A stretch of DNA of 64,000 nucleotides from the human T2T-CHM13v2.0 reference genome, Homo sapiens (GCF_009914755.1 NC_060932.1), one strand, 5' to 3'; positions 28,906-43,770 are shown, counted from the stretch's first letter. Made by a program: numbers and translations. The notes: a model not told the origin generated them from the sequence alone.

Positions 28906-31900
28906 TTCTCAGCCTGATAGGAAATGATTTCTTGCTAGCTAATATGTCACTCCAAGTTTCCTGTAACCTATGCAGAATTTATATAATGTTCAGAAGGCCC
29001 CAGATTATTATAAAACTAATATTTTACAATAAAGAGCAATATAAGATGAAGACTACATACTGGCTAATGGATTATATTTGTCTCGTGGAATCCATCAGAA
29101 AATGATTGGAAGAAGTGCATTTTAATATGAAATTTCAAGGGAAGATGGAATAAATCAATGGCAAATAGTGAAGAAGGAATACAGATATACCATCCACGTG
29201 AGAAAAATAAAGTCAGAGCTAGATTGTTATCTCCTGTAGCCCCTACTCCAGAGTCTCGCAATCATTTACTCATTTAACAAATATTTATTGAGTACCCCCA
29301 GTTTGCCAGACTCTTGTAGTCTCAGTGCTTATTAAACATCTGTGGAAATGAAGTGAAGTTATAAGCCTGTCTTTAAGTCCCTGGCAACACACTCCCTTCT
29401 CTGCTTAGTTACTGCTATTTTCAGGTACTTGGAAACACATCCGTGTCCTCAGGTTCCTAGTGCCTACTGGAGCCCACACAGCTAATATTTCTCTTTCCCC
29501 CTCTCTGACCCAAGACTCACGTCAATGTTCCTGCCCAGGGCTGATTCTAGGTTCTAATTGTTATATGGATGTTGTTCAGAGGCCTCTGAAATGCCCCTCA
29601 GTCCTAAGGGGAAATGCTAACGGGAAAAAACAAACTTTAACAAATGGAAACTGGCCCGTGGTTATCTCAATTTCCAGTAAGTTTGTCTGTAAGGCCAAAA
29701 GATAAACTTAACAACACATTTGTGAGCATGTGGAGGCTTCTGGCTAAGGTTTATTTAAAAACAAAAAGAAAATCTATTTCTTTCTCTAGTTAACTTCTTG
29801 ACCTTAGATTTCTAGTGATGTTCCTGTGAATCTCATCAAAAAACTGAGGAAGTTAGGTTAATGGTATCATTTGCCAATTTCAATTTAACATTTATGATTA
29901 GCAATGGAAAGCCTAATAAATACAATTTTTATATCAGAAAGGAATTACAGTCTTTGTCCTTTATATTTGCTCTTTCATTAGAAGACTCTGAAAAGGGTTT
30001 TTTACAAAGTAAATGCTGCATTTTTGTTCCATCAACATACATCATAGTTTACATCAATTGATTGTTTTTCTCTAACATATAGGAAACCTTAATGTTGTAA
30101 GTACCTGTAAAACTGACTCTTAGTAACTTTCTCCCTCCATTAGAAGCTGTATTTGCCTAAGTTTAGACTGTGGGCAGCAGGGCTAGAATCTCATTTTGCT
30201 AAAGCTCAGTACTGGGCACTTTGGTGTTAGTGTTTGAATCACTTTCTCACATACTGATTATAAAACGAGGTTTTGCTTTCTCCCTGCTGCTGTTTTTCAT
30301 GCACCATCTTCTGGCCCTGAATCACCTGGCACTGGTTTCTTCCCTGTACCTGGGCAGTGGCCTTGACAATGACTTTGTTCGCTGTACATTGCCAAGTGCA
30401 CTGGGAGATTTACTTACCTGAGAGAGACCCAGAATATAGTTTTAGAAAAAAGAGACTTCAAAGCCATTCTCATCTCCTTCTTATCCTGCTACCAAATTGT
30501 TAAATGTAAAAATAAATTTCAGTTTTATAATTGGCAAGTTATATGGTGAGTTTGATTAAATGCTTTACTCTAAGGAATCAAAAACTTTTACAACATTCTC
30601 TGCTGACATATGAAACACAAAAAAAATGGTTTGCATTCCTTACAATAAGAGAAACTGGATCAAAACTACACTAAGATATTCCTGTAACATTGACAGAGGT
30701 CCGAATGTCTCACAACATTCTCTTTCTGGGAGGCAGTGAAGAAACAGGAGCTCCCATGTATGGCTGATGGGATGCCACATGACCCCATGGAGTCATACCT
30801 CAGAAAGTTACAGGTGCATTCTTCCCTGGCCCGGAAACCCTTCTCAGAGTCTACCCTAAAGATACACCTCCCACAAATGAAGTGATATTTACACAAGTTT
30901 ATTCATTGTAGCTTTATTATAACAACAAAAATTGGAATCAGCCCAAATGTCCACCACTAAGGAACTAGTTGAATAAATTCTTATATAGCTACACAGTGGA
31001 GCATAATGTACGTTTAAAAAGAAAAGAAAAAGAGAAAGAAATCTGTGTTCCAATTGGAGCAATTTCTAGGATATATTGTTAAAAACTGCAAAATTCAAAG
31101 AAAAATATGTATGGTATATATCCTTTATGTGAAGAAAAATACACATACACACACATTCTTATGTTTGCAAAAGCAAACACTAAAAGGGTAAACCAAAATA
31201 AAGAATATACAAAAGAATAGGAAGTAGGAATGAAAGGATACTTCTCTAAATATACTTTGTTATATAAATTTGACTTTAGAAATATATATTTTCCATATTC
31301 AAAACATAAAAAACAAAATATAACTATACCTAAAATATTAAAATAAGCATATGAATTTATCTATAGGCCAAGTTAATGACATAACTACAAAGAAATGACT
31401 TGTTTCACATGTTTTAAACCAGTGTTTTGGCTATACTAACTTAGTGAGACATATTCTAAAGAAAAATAGAGACGCAAAGAAGATCTTACACTTTAATAGT
31501 CAATTTTGTAGTTGTAATATTACTATCGATCATTTTGTAACTCTCCTATATAGGGTGTAGGATGGTGGAAATAAGTAATTTTGTTAATGTTGTTAGGAAC
31601 CAAGGCTATCAGTGTAAAATGAAGGAGTTACAAGCATAAGATGAAAGAAGGTAAGTAAAAAGCTCATTAGTATAGTTCAAGTTTAACTTGTCAGGATGAG
31701 CTCATGATTTTTTTCCTGAAGCTTTGTGTTTTGTATGGATGTCCTCTAAAAAGGCATGGAAAAAATGACAACCCAACTGCAATGAACACACCAATAGTCC
31801 TGATTGTCAAATGCAGGCATCACTCACTACTGAGAGAGAGCTCCTTGGAGGAATGGTGGGTTCCCAGGCCAGGGGAGGAAATACACAGGCTGAGACTGGA

Positions 31901-32047
31901 GCATCTTACTGTCCCAGAAAGCAAAGAGGCTACCAAAGACTCATAGGTCACATTAAAAGAAAACCAAAGCCAACACAAAGGGACTTTGGCCAAAGATGAG
32001 ACAATGTTTTTTAAAAAGACAATTAATTAATTGACTGGAACACATTA

Positions 32048-32394
<347 letters not shown>

Positions 32395-32990
32395 ATCAAT
32401 GAATAAACAAGGAAAAGTTCAAAAGAGGGGAAGAGTGGACCTTATTCAACATTTTGGAATTAACTAGGGTACCAACTTTTTACTCCGAAAGTTGGCAATT
32501 AAAAGTTAAGAAGTAAGCATTTATCTTGCCTTTCCTGTAAGCACTGAATGCAGGGTAACCAAATTCCCCTGTTGATGAGGGGAAGTTCTTATTAAAAAAA
32601 AATTCAGCCAATAAATCTGGAAAGAATAATAGAATTAGAAGCATCATCATTTTAAAATGCCAAATAAAAAAATGGATTTAGCAAGGATCATTAAATGGAT
32701 GAAGCCATTTGATGAAAGATTGATGAGAAACTTCTTGATGTGAAGATCAGACTGTCTTCGAATCATAAAAAGTGAGACAAGGTGTCATATGTCTCCTAAA
32801 ATAATGCACTATGAAGGAGACATCAACATCTCTTCTTCAGAAAATAACAAAAATATAATTGAGTTACATTTCACCACAAAGAATCAAGCAGAAAATCGTA
32901 AAATATGGGATTTCTAAAGGATAATTGGTCTCATTTCTCTTCTGAAGTACATAAGAATAGAATGACATATGGCTGGAATATACTTCTTAA

Positions 32991-33029
32991 GAAGGAAGGA
33001 AGGAAGGAAGGAAGGAAGAAAGGAAGGAA
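32991..33029. repeat. (GGAA)n microsatellite
   Basis: About 7 perfect GAAG units plus imperfect units. Confidence 0.9.
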
Positions 33030-34899
33030 ATAAGTGAAACAATTGTGGCAAAAATATTCATAATAGTTGAAGCTATATGATGGCTATATGGGGGCTTATT
33101 ATACTAACCTTTCTGCTTTTGTTTGGTTTGAAATCTTAGTAAAAAGTTAAGAAAGTGTTTTGTTATATGAAATATAGAAATCTGGGAGCAATTTGGCCTG
33201 CTCAACCATCCACAATACAGTTGTAGGCAGCATGATAACTGGCAAGGAAGTTAGGGCCAGAAGTCATCAAGCTGGCTACTAGTTTCAGCTGAAAATCCTA
33301 AACATAGAAGTTGAGTTGGTAATAATAAACAAACGTCCCTTTTAAAGACATTGAGTCATCTTAAAGCACTACCCATAAAACATAAATGCCTCCTTTTTCC
33401 AAGTAAATAAATGAGATCCAGAATTTTCTCTTCTTTCAAAAAGTCGAGATTGTGCCCATGAGCCTGTCTGAGTAATTCCCTTCTGCCCAAGACAGTTCAT
33501 CACCAAGTGGAGCTCTAGAATGATGCCTTTATAGGAACAATGAGGATTAACGATGAAAGCAGACCCTGACCATGAGAAGTTTAACTGGAAATGTAGAACA
33601 AATGCAATAAATCGATGTAAGAAAACAAAAATAATCTCTCAATTTGGTAGCCAAAATGATAAAACTCAACTGCTTTTTTGAAGCCCAAGAAAACCTAATT
33701 CTCAAAAGAAAACCAAACCAATTTTTACATTCACTATTAATTTTAACTAGCTCACCTTCATTCAGTCTCTCTTGGATATTAGTTATGCACTATCGATATA
33801 AGAATGAAGATTGGCATCTTCATTGATGATTCAATGATGTCTGCAAGGAGCTTACTGCCTAATTAGGTATGTAGTCATCTGAGTAACTAACTAGAGGAGG
33901 TCCTTAGTATTTGAGGAAAATTAATGCCAAAGAAGAACAAGTTACAATAGCTCTCATAAGAGCCAAACCTCATAGAGCTAAAAAAGTTATCTTTATTTTG
34001 AAAAATAAAACTAAGCATTATGAAAATACATTTGTTTTATTATATTTAATAAGACATGGTTTTGACTTACACCGTACACTGATTCATAGAACAAATAATT
34101 ACACATTGATGGAGGGTATGGGCATCATCTTATCAACAGTTTATATACTGGCATGGCGAAATATCTTTCACTTCCTCTTTGGCTTTCACAGCATGCTCAT
34201 AAAGAGAGTTATTTAAACACACACACAAGTTTCACCAGCTATTCCATAAGCATTTCTTACTCAATTCTCTTCAAATCATTCTCTCTAGGAGGAGCTACCA
34301 TGACATTAATTATCACTTTTAGATTTTTTCTTCAATTATCTGGCCTTCATACACTGATTTTCACTTTTCTTGCTTGTGATTTAGAGTTCCCCAGCATCAC
34401 CAGCATCAGTTTAATCAACTTCATGAAATTCTCCATCTTTTCATCTTCATTTTGTAATCACTTTGCATTGAAATGCCATCCAAAAATCAGCTAGGCTTTC
34501 CAGCAGATACTACCAAGATAGTATTAGTCAGGGAGGCATGATTGAGGGAGCTAATTGTGTAAGTGGTCAATTTATTGATAATATTTTACTTCTCTGTGGA
34601 GTGCTATAATTATAATGCCTGGGATTATGAATATTCAGGTAATGAGCCCTCTTGAATAATCAAAGCAATAGTGTGCAATCTTTCCACCTCAGGGAGGTAG
34701 CGAATCACTGAGGAGCTTTATGAAGTGATTTTGGGAGAAGGAAAGGAAAGTTAGGAATTGTTCGAGGAAACTCCTCAAATAATTGTGACAAGCACCTCTT
34801 CCCATGAGAACCACTGAGGAAGATGGGGCACATGCTCTGGGAGCTCAAGTTGATTGGATCGGGGCTCACGCTGCATTCCCATGGAGAAAGCAGCACATG

Positions 34900-35365
34900 A
34901 ATGGACAGTTTGCAAGCAGAGAATGGAGGCAGAGAGAGTCCAGGAAAGGCATGACCATGAAGTAGAAAAGTGAGGAATTGATTGAGAAATCATAAGTCAT
35001 GTGGCGTCATGAGAGCACAGGATGTGTACCAGGGTGCAGTCAAACAGAAGGCTGGGGAAGCAGATGGACCCAGCCCACAGGCCATCTAGAGAGACAGAAT
35101 AAGGAGTCTGGAATTCATAGATAGGTGATGGGAAATCAGTGAGGGTCTTTGAGAGGAGAATGGCCTGTCATTCACCTGCAGAAAGATGGTCATTCACCAG
35201 AATGTGTGGGACAAGTGGGCTGGAAAAGCAAGTGATGAGGACGGAGAACAAGTTGGGAGGCTTTTAGGTAGATGGGGCCCATCTTGCCTACACTAGGTCT
35301 AGGTGGAAAGCTGGAAGCTGAGCCATCATCCAGGAGGTATGACCTAAGGAACAGTGAAAAAACTG
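34900..35365 (+). mobile_element. L2 fragment
   Basis: aaggagtctggaattcatag...gatgggaaatcagtgagggtctttgagaggagaatgg. Confidence 0.5.
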
Positions 35366-35371
35366 CCTTAA

Positions 35372-35711
35372 ATCTTAGTCTGTTCTGGCGGCTACAACAA
35401 ATCACCATGGACTGGGTGGCTTCAACAACAGACATTTATTTCTCACAGTTCTCAAGACTGGACAGTCCATGGTATTGAAAAACCCACTGTCTGCTGAGGG
35501 CCCACTTTCTGGTTTACAGGCAGCCTTCTCACTATATCCTCACATGGAGGAGAGCAGAGAGAGAGGAAGTGGGTTCCCTCCTGTCTCTTTTTATAAGGAG
35601 AGTCATCCCATTCATGGGGGTCCTTCCTCACGTCCTGACCACCTCCTAATACCATGGGGGTATTAGGGTTTTAACACAGGAATTTCAAAAGGACACATTC
35701 AGTTCATAACA
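35372..35711 (-). mobile_element. MaLR LTR (MLT1A-like)
   Basis: tcttagtctgttctggcggctacaac...acagacatttatttctcacagttct...ggacacattcagttcataaca. Confidence 0.85.
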
Positions 35712-35933
35712 TGCCCTTCCACAAAATGTTTTACCACTGACCCTGATAATAGTGCTGCTCATTTTTACACGACTCAATCTTTCTGGGGGCTCAAGGCCTC
35801 TTCTGAGATGCGTGTGCTGTTTGGCTGGGGAAGAGCCCCAGTGGCAAAGCTCTGCCTTATTTTCACTTCTTTATCACCTGGACTGGGTAGATGCCCTGCA
35901 AACATTTTGTTGGGACAGAGGGCAAGGGGAAGG

Positions 35934-35983
35934 TTTTTTTGTGTTTTTTTTTGTTTGGTTTTTTTTTTTTTTTTTTTTTTTTT
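35934..35983. repeat. Poly(T)/T-rich tract
   Basis: About 50-bp T-rich run ending in about 25 consecutive T. Confidence 0.9.
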
Positions 35984-38900
35984 GCAGAGGATGAAATCAA
36001 TGTCACGGAAAACTTGGGGTAATTGGGGATCAATTTGAGAGCTTCAGCTGGCTAAAGGGAAGAGAGGAATGTCACCAGAGTCCCCAAGGGATGGGAGAGA
36101 AAAAGAACAGCCCAGAAGAAAGGACCTGAAGAAAAGTTCCATCTATTTCACAGTCATAGTTAGAGCCGGCATCTCTATCCTCTGTTTCATTTCTCACTCC
36201 TGGATATTGACTTTAGGACAGGGAGGTAAAGCGGAACTGGAAATATTTGTGTGGTGATTTCTTCAAAGGAGAATGGATTCTGAATGCAAATGTTGGTGTT
36301 AATATTGGCATTCCAGCCTTGTTTGTTTTTTAAAATAAATTAGTGAGGCTTAACAGTACTTTAAAAACTAAAATCATGCTTTAAAGACTTTACATGTATT
36401 TACCTTTGGATTTTCCAACTATTGTAATGGGCTAAATTGTATTCAGTATAAAATAAAGCATGAAATCTACCAGGAAATCTCTTTGAATATATTTTCCCAT
36501 GTCTGACAATAACCACTGTCACACTTTCATTTGCAGGGCAGTAGTTTGCATAGAACAGTGTAAGATAAAACAAATTTAGGTTAATTTTCAAAGCCAGTCT
36601 TTTTATTCAAAGATGAGTATTTCTCCACATTTTCTCTACGATTGACTGGCCTAATTCTATGTCTGCACAAAAAAGCAGAAAACAAGGCAATATTCCAGGT
36701 AACTCAAAAGAAAATTAACTTTTTGCCTCAATTATTCTCTTTAATTTCAAGGGAAAAATCTTTGAGAGGAAGTTTTGTGGACATTCACTGTACTTCTTTG
36801 GCAGACTCTGTGTTTGCGTAAATAATATGAGTAGTATTTAAACTTTCTCTTGCCGCAATTATTCTTTCCTCTATTGTGTAATCTCAGTGGAAAAGTTTTC
36901 AGGAAACAATGCAGGGAAAGCCAGAGCCCTTCTCACTGCTTTATTCAAAAGATTGCCAGCTCCTACCTGGGAGCAGCACAACCACATTAAAACAAGCATC
37001 TGTCTGCTGTGGGTTAGGTTGGGGCTTGGAAGCTTGTGACCTGAAAGCAACAGGTGGCCAAGTGGCACAGTCAGGAACAACCAGGTTGAATACTGTTAGT
37101 GGGCTGTGACCTTGCCTCCACTGGAGCTGTGCCCTTAACGAAGTTCAATGTTTTTTTTTTTTTCTAGGAACTACTTCCTGCCACTGCACCCCACCACACA
37201 TGCACACACACATGGGTGCACACACAGGAATGCAAGCAAGTGCACACGACTCCCAAGCCCGTGGGTGCATTCTAAGTCCCATTGTCACAGTCAGCTCATT
37301 TTCAGCTAAGCCCTTCATCAATGGTCTTCCAGCTTCACTGCAAGTCCTTAAAAACCTCGGTGTCTTGGTCCAGTTTCAGATGCTGATTCAGACCTTAGCA
37401 GATTCTAGGTAGGACTCATGGGCTACTCAGTGGGAGCCTGCAGCCACTCATCATCCCTGAGGGTGGGAACCATCCAAGGGCTCCTCCAGTCACACCTCTC
37501 AGGGGTTAATCTCTTTGACATCCCCCATGTATGTGTCACAGCATTATTTGAAATCAGCCCAACCCAAACTGTCCCCTGGCTTTAGTGAAAATCTATCTAG
37601 TCTTTTTAAAGAAATGTGATAACAGATACAAAATTTGTTTTTATATACAGAATAAAACCCTGATATCCCCACCAGGGATATGCGCACTTTCAGAGGATGG
37701 AAGGGATAAAACTTTCCTCTCCTTTTCAAAACCTCCCTCTATCTCCAAAAGGGCTGCCTACAGCAAAAAGCGTTCCCAGAAGTAGACCTGACCCCACACC
37801 TGCTCACCCCAGAGCAACTTTAGAGAGGGAGGTGAGGAGGACTGCCATGGGCCACCAAGCACCCTCGCCATGCACCTTTGCCCCATCCCTACCCACCCAA
37901 ATGAGGGAGTCATCGGAAGTTAAAGGTTCTTGTTTAGATATTGGTCCAGGGTTGTCATTCTGCAGATATCATTTTATATATTTATGAATTTCTACAGCAG
38001 TCTAAAATAGCATGCTATTTAAAAATACATCAGAATAGCTCCGTTCTTTGTTGGTAGGATTAAAAAATAAGGAGAGAGCATCCTTCGGTGAAAGGAGGAT
38101 GCGTTCCTCCACACGGTGGAGGAGGGCGTGTTCATCTTTGCTTGGGCATTAATTGGCTCTGCGGCTTTAGTTCAATCACTTCACCTCTCTGGACCTTCAC
38201 CTTTAAAATAAAGACACTGAGTACCAATCAAGCATCAGATTAATAACATCCAGGAGGAGACAAGAAGGAACTGGAAATGAGTGAAACCAGACAGGGTTGT
38301 GAGGAAACAGGACTTGATAGCAAAACTGAAGACATTTATATTTAAAATGTTAAAGCCAAATAAAACATGTTGACAAATTCATTGCAAGGGCAGCCAATGT
38401 GACCGTTTCCCTGGAGAGTTTTTAAGATTCTCGTTGCTTTCGAATATTATCATCTGAAAAAATAATGTTTTAGTGCATGTGGAGCTCTACAGATATCATG
38501 TGGTTTTCTGCAAAAGTTTTGATGTCTGTTGAATTTCATAATATTTCAAATTCAAAAGTTTAGTATTCATCATGGCAATATTTTAGTACACCACAGCACT
38601 GTATTTCTCATTCCTCTGAATACCTCTAAGGAAGATTTTCTGGAAGTAGCGAGTGTTGTTCTTTAGGTTTATCACAAAGAAAAAGATTTATTTCTAGTGG
38701 GATTGGAGCCTCTCTTCTGACACTGACTTCCAGTGGGGAGTCTGGACTTTCTACAATATTTGTCCCAACAGGACTGCATGCCAGAGCCACCCCACACTCT
38801 CCAGGCTTAGCATTTTCTGCGCTCATTATGTCCACATGTACAGAAGATGAATGTCTGCTATGGAAGGAGGCAGAAAGTACCAAAGGAAAAGATAATTCAC

Positions 38901-41129
38901 CCTAAAGTACTACCAACACTTACAGTCACTCTTTCTGGAATGCGCCAGTAGCTAAACAATAGGTTTGTGAGCTAACTTCTTCCTGATGATAGCTCAGCGG
39001 TTACAATAACTGTGTGAGCAGAATAGTCCCCATAATCTTGATTTCTACCTGATTTTATTAAACCTTTCTTGCTGTTTCTCTCTGTCATTTAAAATGCATG
39101 TTCCTATTCCCATCCCTAACCACATGTGTGGAAATGCACTAGAAACCCTGGGTTCTTAGAATAAGGGCACAGACAGGAATCCAAGTCTGTAATCCCACTT
39201 GGCCTCGACAAGGAAACTGTTCACAGCTCTGACATGGGCGCTCGTGCCAATGCAGCCATTGGGAGGGCAGCCTGGCTGGATAATGGCAAGGAACAGACCG
39301 AAGGCTTTGTCTGATCTTTCTTCTACATAGGAGGGCTGGGCAAGGCGAGTTAACCTAAGAACAGAAGAGAAGAGGGGAGTGGTCAGAAGTAGGCACGGGA
39401 GTCCATCGTGGAGACTTGGTGAGGCTATGAGGATGCAGGCACAAAACCTCCAGGACAGGAGCAGCCTGCTCGCTCACACCTTGGAAGGGAGAATCAGGGA
39501 GCTTCAGTATCTCCAGGTTCTGCCCCTCGGGTTTCTCCCACTGCCCCCAACATGCTAAGTGTATGCTGCTCTTCCTTAAAAACTTGCACTCAAGGGCATC
39601 TCTGATGCATCCATACCTTTGTCTTTCTCAGCACAGTTCAGAAAGGTGGAAATCTCAAAACACCTATAAAAACTAAAGGAGAATGAAGAGAACTTTGTCT
39701 TAGAGAACACAACCACACATAAGTCCACTTTCCAAATGACAGGTTTTAGATCCTGAGGAAACTAACAGGGGTAGCAACATCTGTTAGACCTAAAATCCTC
39801 TAGCTCATGATGGGTGCCACTCCTAAGATTCACATGGCACCCCACCATCATCAGACTCCCCATCCCCTAGAAATGTTCTGCCAAAATATTGTCTCTCTCT
39901 GAGAAATGCTGAAAAATGTCTAGTTCAGATCTACATACCCATACCTCCCAGGTTCTGGTGTCTGGTGTCCTGACGTGTCTGAGGTGGATCCTCCGAGGCA
40001 AGGAATCGTTAGACCATATGGAGAAGCACCTAGCAGTACAGGAACCCAAGTCCCTGCTGAATCATTTTCTCTTTGAGGCTGACACACAGTGAGAGGAGGA
40101 ATCCCCATGGGGCGGTAATGAGGGAGTCCAAGTGGCTTGAGGAGAAGATGGCAGAGAGACAGCCTGAGCAAGGACAGCTGAGTCAGCTTCTCCCCACACT
40201 TCCAAATCCAATGATCTAATCTAAACCCAAAAGGTCTCCATTCCCACAGGGAATGAAAAGCTCTAGAATCCTATAAGTGAAGTCAGCAATGGGCTGCTGA
40301 ATAACACAGACCCAGATATGTTCACAGACTGCTTCCAAAATCTGGGGTGGTCGTGCCTTGCCTTCCCTCTTCCACGTTGTATTCATAAGATTGCCTGCCT
40401 GTCTGCTGCCCTGTTTCTTAAGAGCCTCTCTCTCCAGGAAGACTACTGAAGGCCTTAGTATCATGAATGTGCTCAGAGAATTTGAGTTCACATCTTAAAG
40501 GCAGACACAGTGGGAGAAGCCACAAATGGATGATGTATTAACTCAGACATACACACCTAGCACTTGACTCATAGGTACATGCTGCTCATGCTGTTCCTTG
40601 TGGATGCTGTACCTGACTAGGTCAAGTCCAGGTGACTGCCCCAGGGAAAGCATGGTATCTGGGTCAGTAACCGTGGAGACACGCAGGCGCCAGCATTTGC
40701 ACACTGACTCCCCACTTTGGAACTGCAGACATTGGTCTGATGCTTTGTGCTCCACTTGTTCCACCTGCAACCTTAGAGGACATGCCGGCTGAGCTGGCAT
40801 TTGTTGTGGCTGTCCTGAGGACAGCTCCCTTTGTGATTGAAATGGTCCATTTCCTGCCATCTGGTATCCCAGAGCACACAAGGAGTGGGAGGCATGATGG
40901 TTATCATGAATCTTCAGGAGAGGAAAGGAAAGTGAGTCTATGTGAATGGCTCAGTTCCTGGAAGTTCACTAAAGCAGCTTCCTTGCACCAGCTAAGGCTG
41001 AGGACAAAGGGAGAGATGCAATCACTCAATTTTCCAGCCGGTGGCTAGTGGACCTGCTGGAGGGCTGTCCACAGCTGCGGCTATAGCTCCAGCTGAGGCT
41101 CCTGCAATCCTACCTGCAGAACCTCCTTG

Positions 41130-41270
41130 GGGATTAGCATGATCTGCGTTCCACAGACAAGCAAGCTGAAGCTCAGCAAAGGCAGGCTGCTTGCCAACAC
41201 CCTCAGAGCTAAGGGGAGAAGTTAGGATTCAAGCCTGGGTCCATCTGGGGCCAAAGGCCAGGTCCTTTCC
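41130..41270 (-). mobile_element. MIR fragment
   Basis: acagacaagcaagctgaagctcag...gcttgccaac...ggattcaagcctgggtccatctgg. Confidence 0.55.
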
Positions 41271-41277
41271 ATTAAGG

Positions 41278-41800
41278 CAGCCATTCACAAGTGTTTTGTG
41301 ATCAGGATCCTCTTTTCACTCAAAGATCCCTGAAGGACCCGAAAAGGCCTTTGTTTGTGTTGGTTACACCTATCAATTATCATTACGATGTGGTGATATC
41401 ATATCTAATCTAATATTATATTAGAAATTAAAACAGGAATTATAAGTACATATTTACTAATTCATTTGAAATTAGCAGTAATAAATTAGCATTACATGTT
41501 AACAAAAGTAAACTACTTTATGTAAAATAACTTGACTATTGATACAAAAAAATTAATGAGAAGGACATCATTTTGTATTTTCGCGAATCTTTTTCACGTC
41601 TGGCTAATAATAGATGATTCTTGTATCTCCTTCTGTATTCAATCTGTTGCAATAGCAGTAGGTAGCCTCTAGAAAACTCCAGCGGATAAGTCATGGAAAA
41701 ATGTCTTAGAATTATTATAAAAACAGTTTTTACTTCAAAGACCCTTGGGAAAGGTATGAGGGACCTCAGAGGTCTACTGGCCACACTTTGGGAACTACTG
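41278..41800. mobile_element. Non-autonomous hAT-Charlie DNA transposon
   Basis: Degenerate terminal inverted repeats cagccattcacaag.. / ..ctttgggaactactg; near-identical 8-bp flanks cattaagg / cactaggg (hAT TSD length). Confidence 0.75.
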
Positions 41801-43770
41801 CACTAGGGTACCTGCCCCTGCGTGGAGGATAGAGATTGGAACTGCTCTGTGCTGAGCCCTGGCTGTGTTTGCTCTGGGGCCACCTTCACCCATGCAGACC
41901 AAACACTTAGAACATGAACCACTGTGCAAATAGGTCTTAGTGACGTTGCTTTAAGGAACTCAGGATTGAGGTTTCCTTCAAGGACAAGATACCTTCTCAC
42001 TGGCCAATGTGGGACCAAAAGAGTAGCCCTGTCACTCCTATGGTGTTCACAAGGCCACACTTCTTAGAAAGTGGGGTTAGCACCCTGTGGGAGGCCACAT
42101 GCACATCCTTCCATACCAGAACTGACCCAGCCATAAGCCCCATCCATTTCTGCAGCTTGTATTCAAAATGATGAGAGACTTTTACTATGATTCAAATTGT
42201 TGCTGTAATTTTCACTGTGAAAATATGGACCAGTGCATGTCGTGGGGCAAAACTGTGGGCACTTCCTTCCTTTGTCTTGATCAGGGTTAAGCAGAGTGAG
42301 GGCAGCATTCAGGATAATGCCCATCAGAGTGAATCTTCCAGCAAGAGAAGCAGACAAGGGCCACGGGCAGGTTCACAAGCTGGAGCCAGATGAATGGATA
42401 TGAAAACTAGGCAGGGAAAACACAGCAAATAGAAAGGGAGAGTGGGCCCACAGACCTGCCTAAGTCAGGGTGTGCAGCCACACTCAGAAAACAGACCTCT
42501 TTCAGCTCCGTCCAGGTCAGGAGCATCACAAATCAGAATCAGAAAGGGCCAGGAGCAGGCTGGGGTTTGGTTCCCATCCTACGACACTCTTCACAGCCAC
42601 AGGAGGCTTCTCAGATATCATCGCGGACCTGGTTGTAGGTTGCTTTACCTAGACACCATTCTGTCCCTGCAGAATCTAACCTCATTTCTATAATAGAGTA
42701 CTTGTACCTATTCAACTTTATCAGTAATTAAACTAAATTTTGTTGATTTAAAAAATGGTATGTCATATCAGCTTCAAGCATCTGCAGATTTCTATGTACA
42801 TCTTTTTTAAATCACAGTTTTCATTAACTTTGCAAATTTTGCCTTTAGGGTCAAAAAGGATCTCTTACCAGCCAATTACTTGGGCTTTTAAATAGTTTTC
42901 CTAACATTTTATTTTCTCGCTTTATAGCTAGGCTACTTCTGTGAGAAAGATCTATAAATTAAGTAAGATAAGTGAATTGGAAGTAACTTTTTCAAACTAT
43001 GTTTTTTAGGCACCTGTCAGTGAAGGACAAATAAAAAATAAATAGACTTACCTTTAGAAAAATATCACCCGAATGCAGACAACCATTAGCCTTTTGGCAG
43101 TCAGCCATCACGTTATGGCCACCAATTAAGAAATTAAAAGGTTGCAGTTCCATTTTTCTCGTCACTGTATTAATCACTCAAGTCTGTATTGAGCATCCAC
43201 TGTAAGCAAGGCTGGGGAAAGCAAGATGCCTGTCGATACAGTTTAACCTTCCCAGTCTTCTGAGGGTTCAAAACATGCTGTCAGAGCTTCCACTAGCCTC
43301 TCCCCACCAACTTTCTTCTCTGTTCTTCCTCTTTTTCTTTTCCTCTCTCTCTCCCTCACTTATTCAACAAACATTTTGTAAGTAACTTTAGTAGTTAGCA
43401 ACAATTTTCTTCTCAATAAAAAGCTTTATGGTGTTCACTGATGAGACCTGGCAAGTATCACATCCCGGAAGCTCATAGAACGCCAGGGCACACCTGGCTG
43501 CACCCCTTCCAACCTGACCTGAATATCGACCCTGCATCACTCGCTCTTCTCAGGCCTCTTTATGACCTCAACCTGCTATAGCCTTGGAGAAAGAGAAGAG
43601 CAGAGGGAAGGCCCAGGAGTAGTTTCTGAAAGAGTCTACATGTAGATGTGTATGTGTGCTTTTTTTATTACCTTAAACTCTGTTTTGCAGCATCCTCAGA
43701 GTATTCAAAATACGAACACTGTTTCTCTTGGTATCTGTTAACATTAGGAGGGATAAATGTGTATGTAAGG

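Noticed and set aside
38626-40881. Minus-strand ORFs at 38626-38883 and 40543-40881 as possible exons
   Set aside because: Splice boundaries are unconvincing and the peptides are unrecognised.
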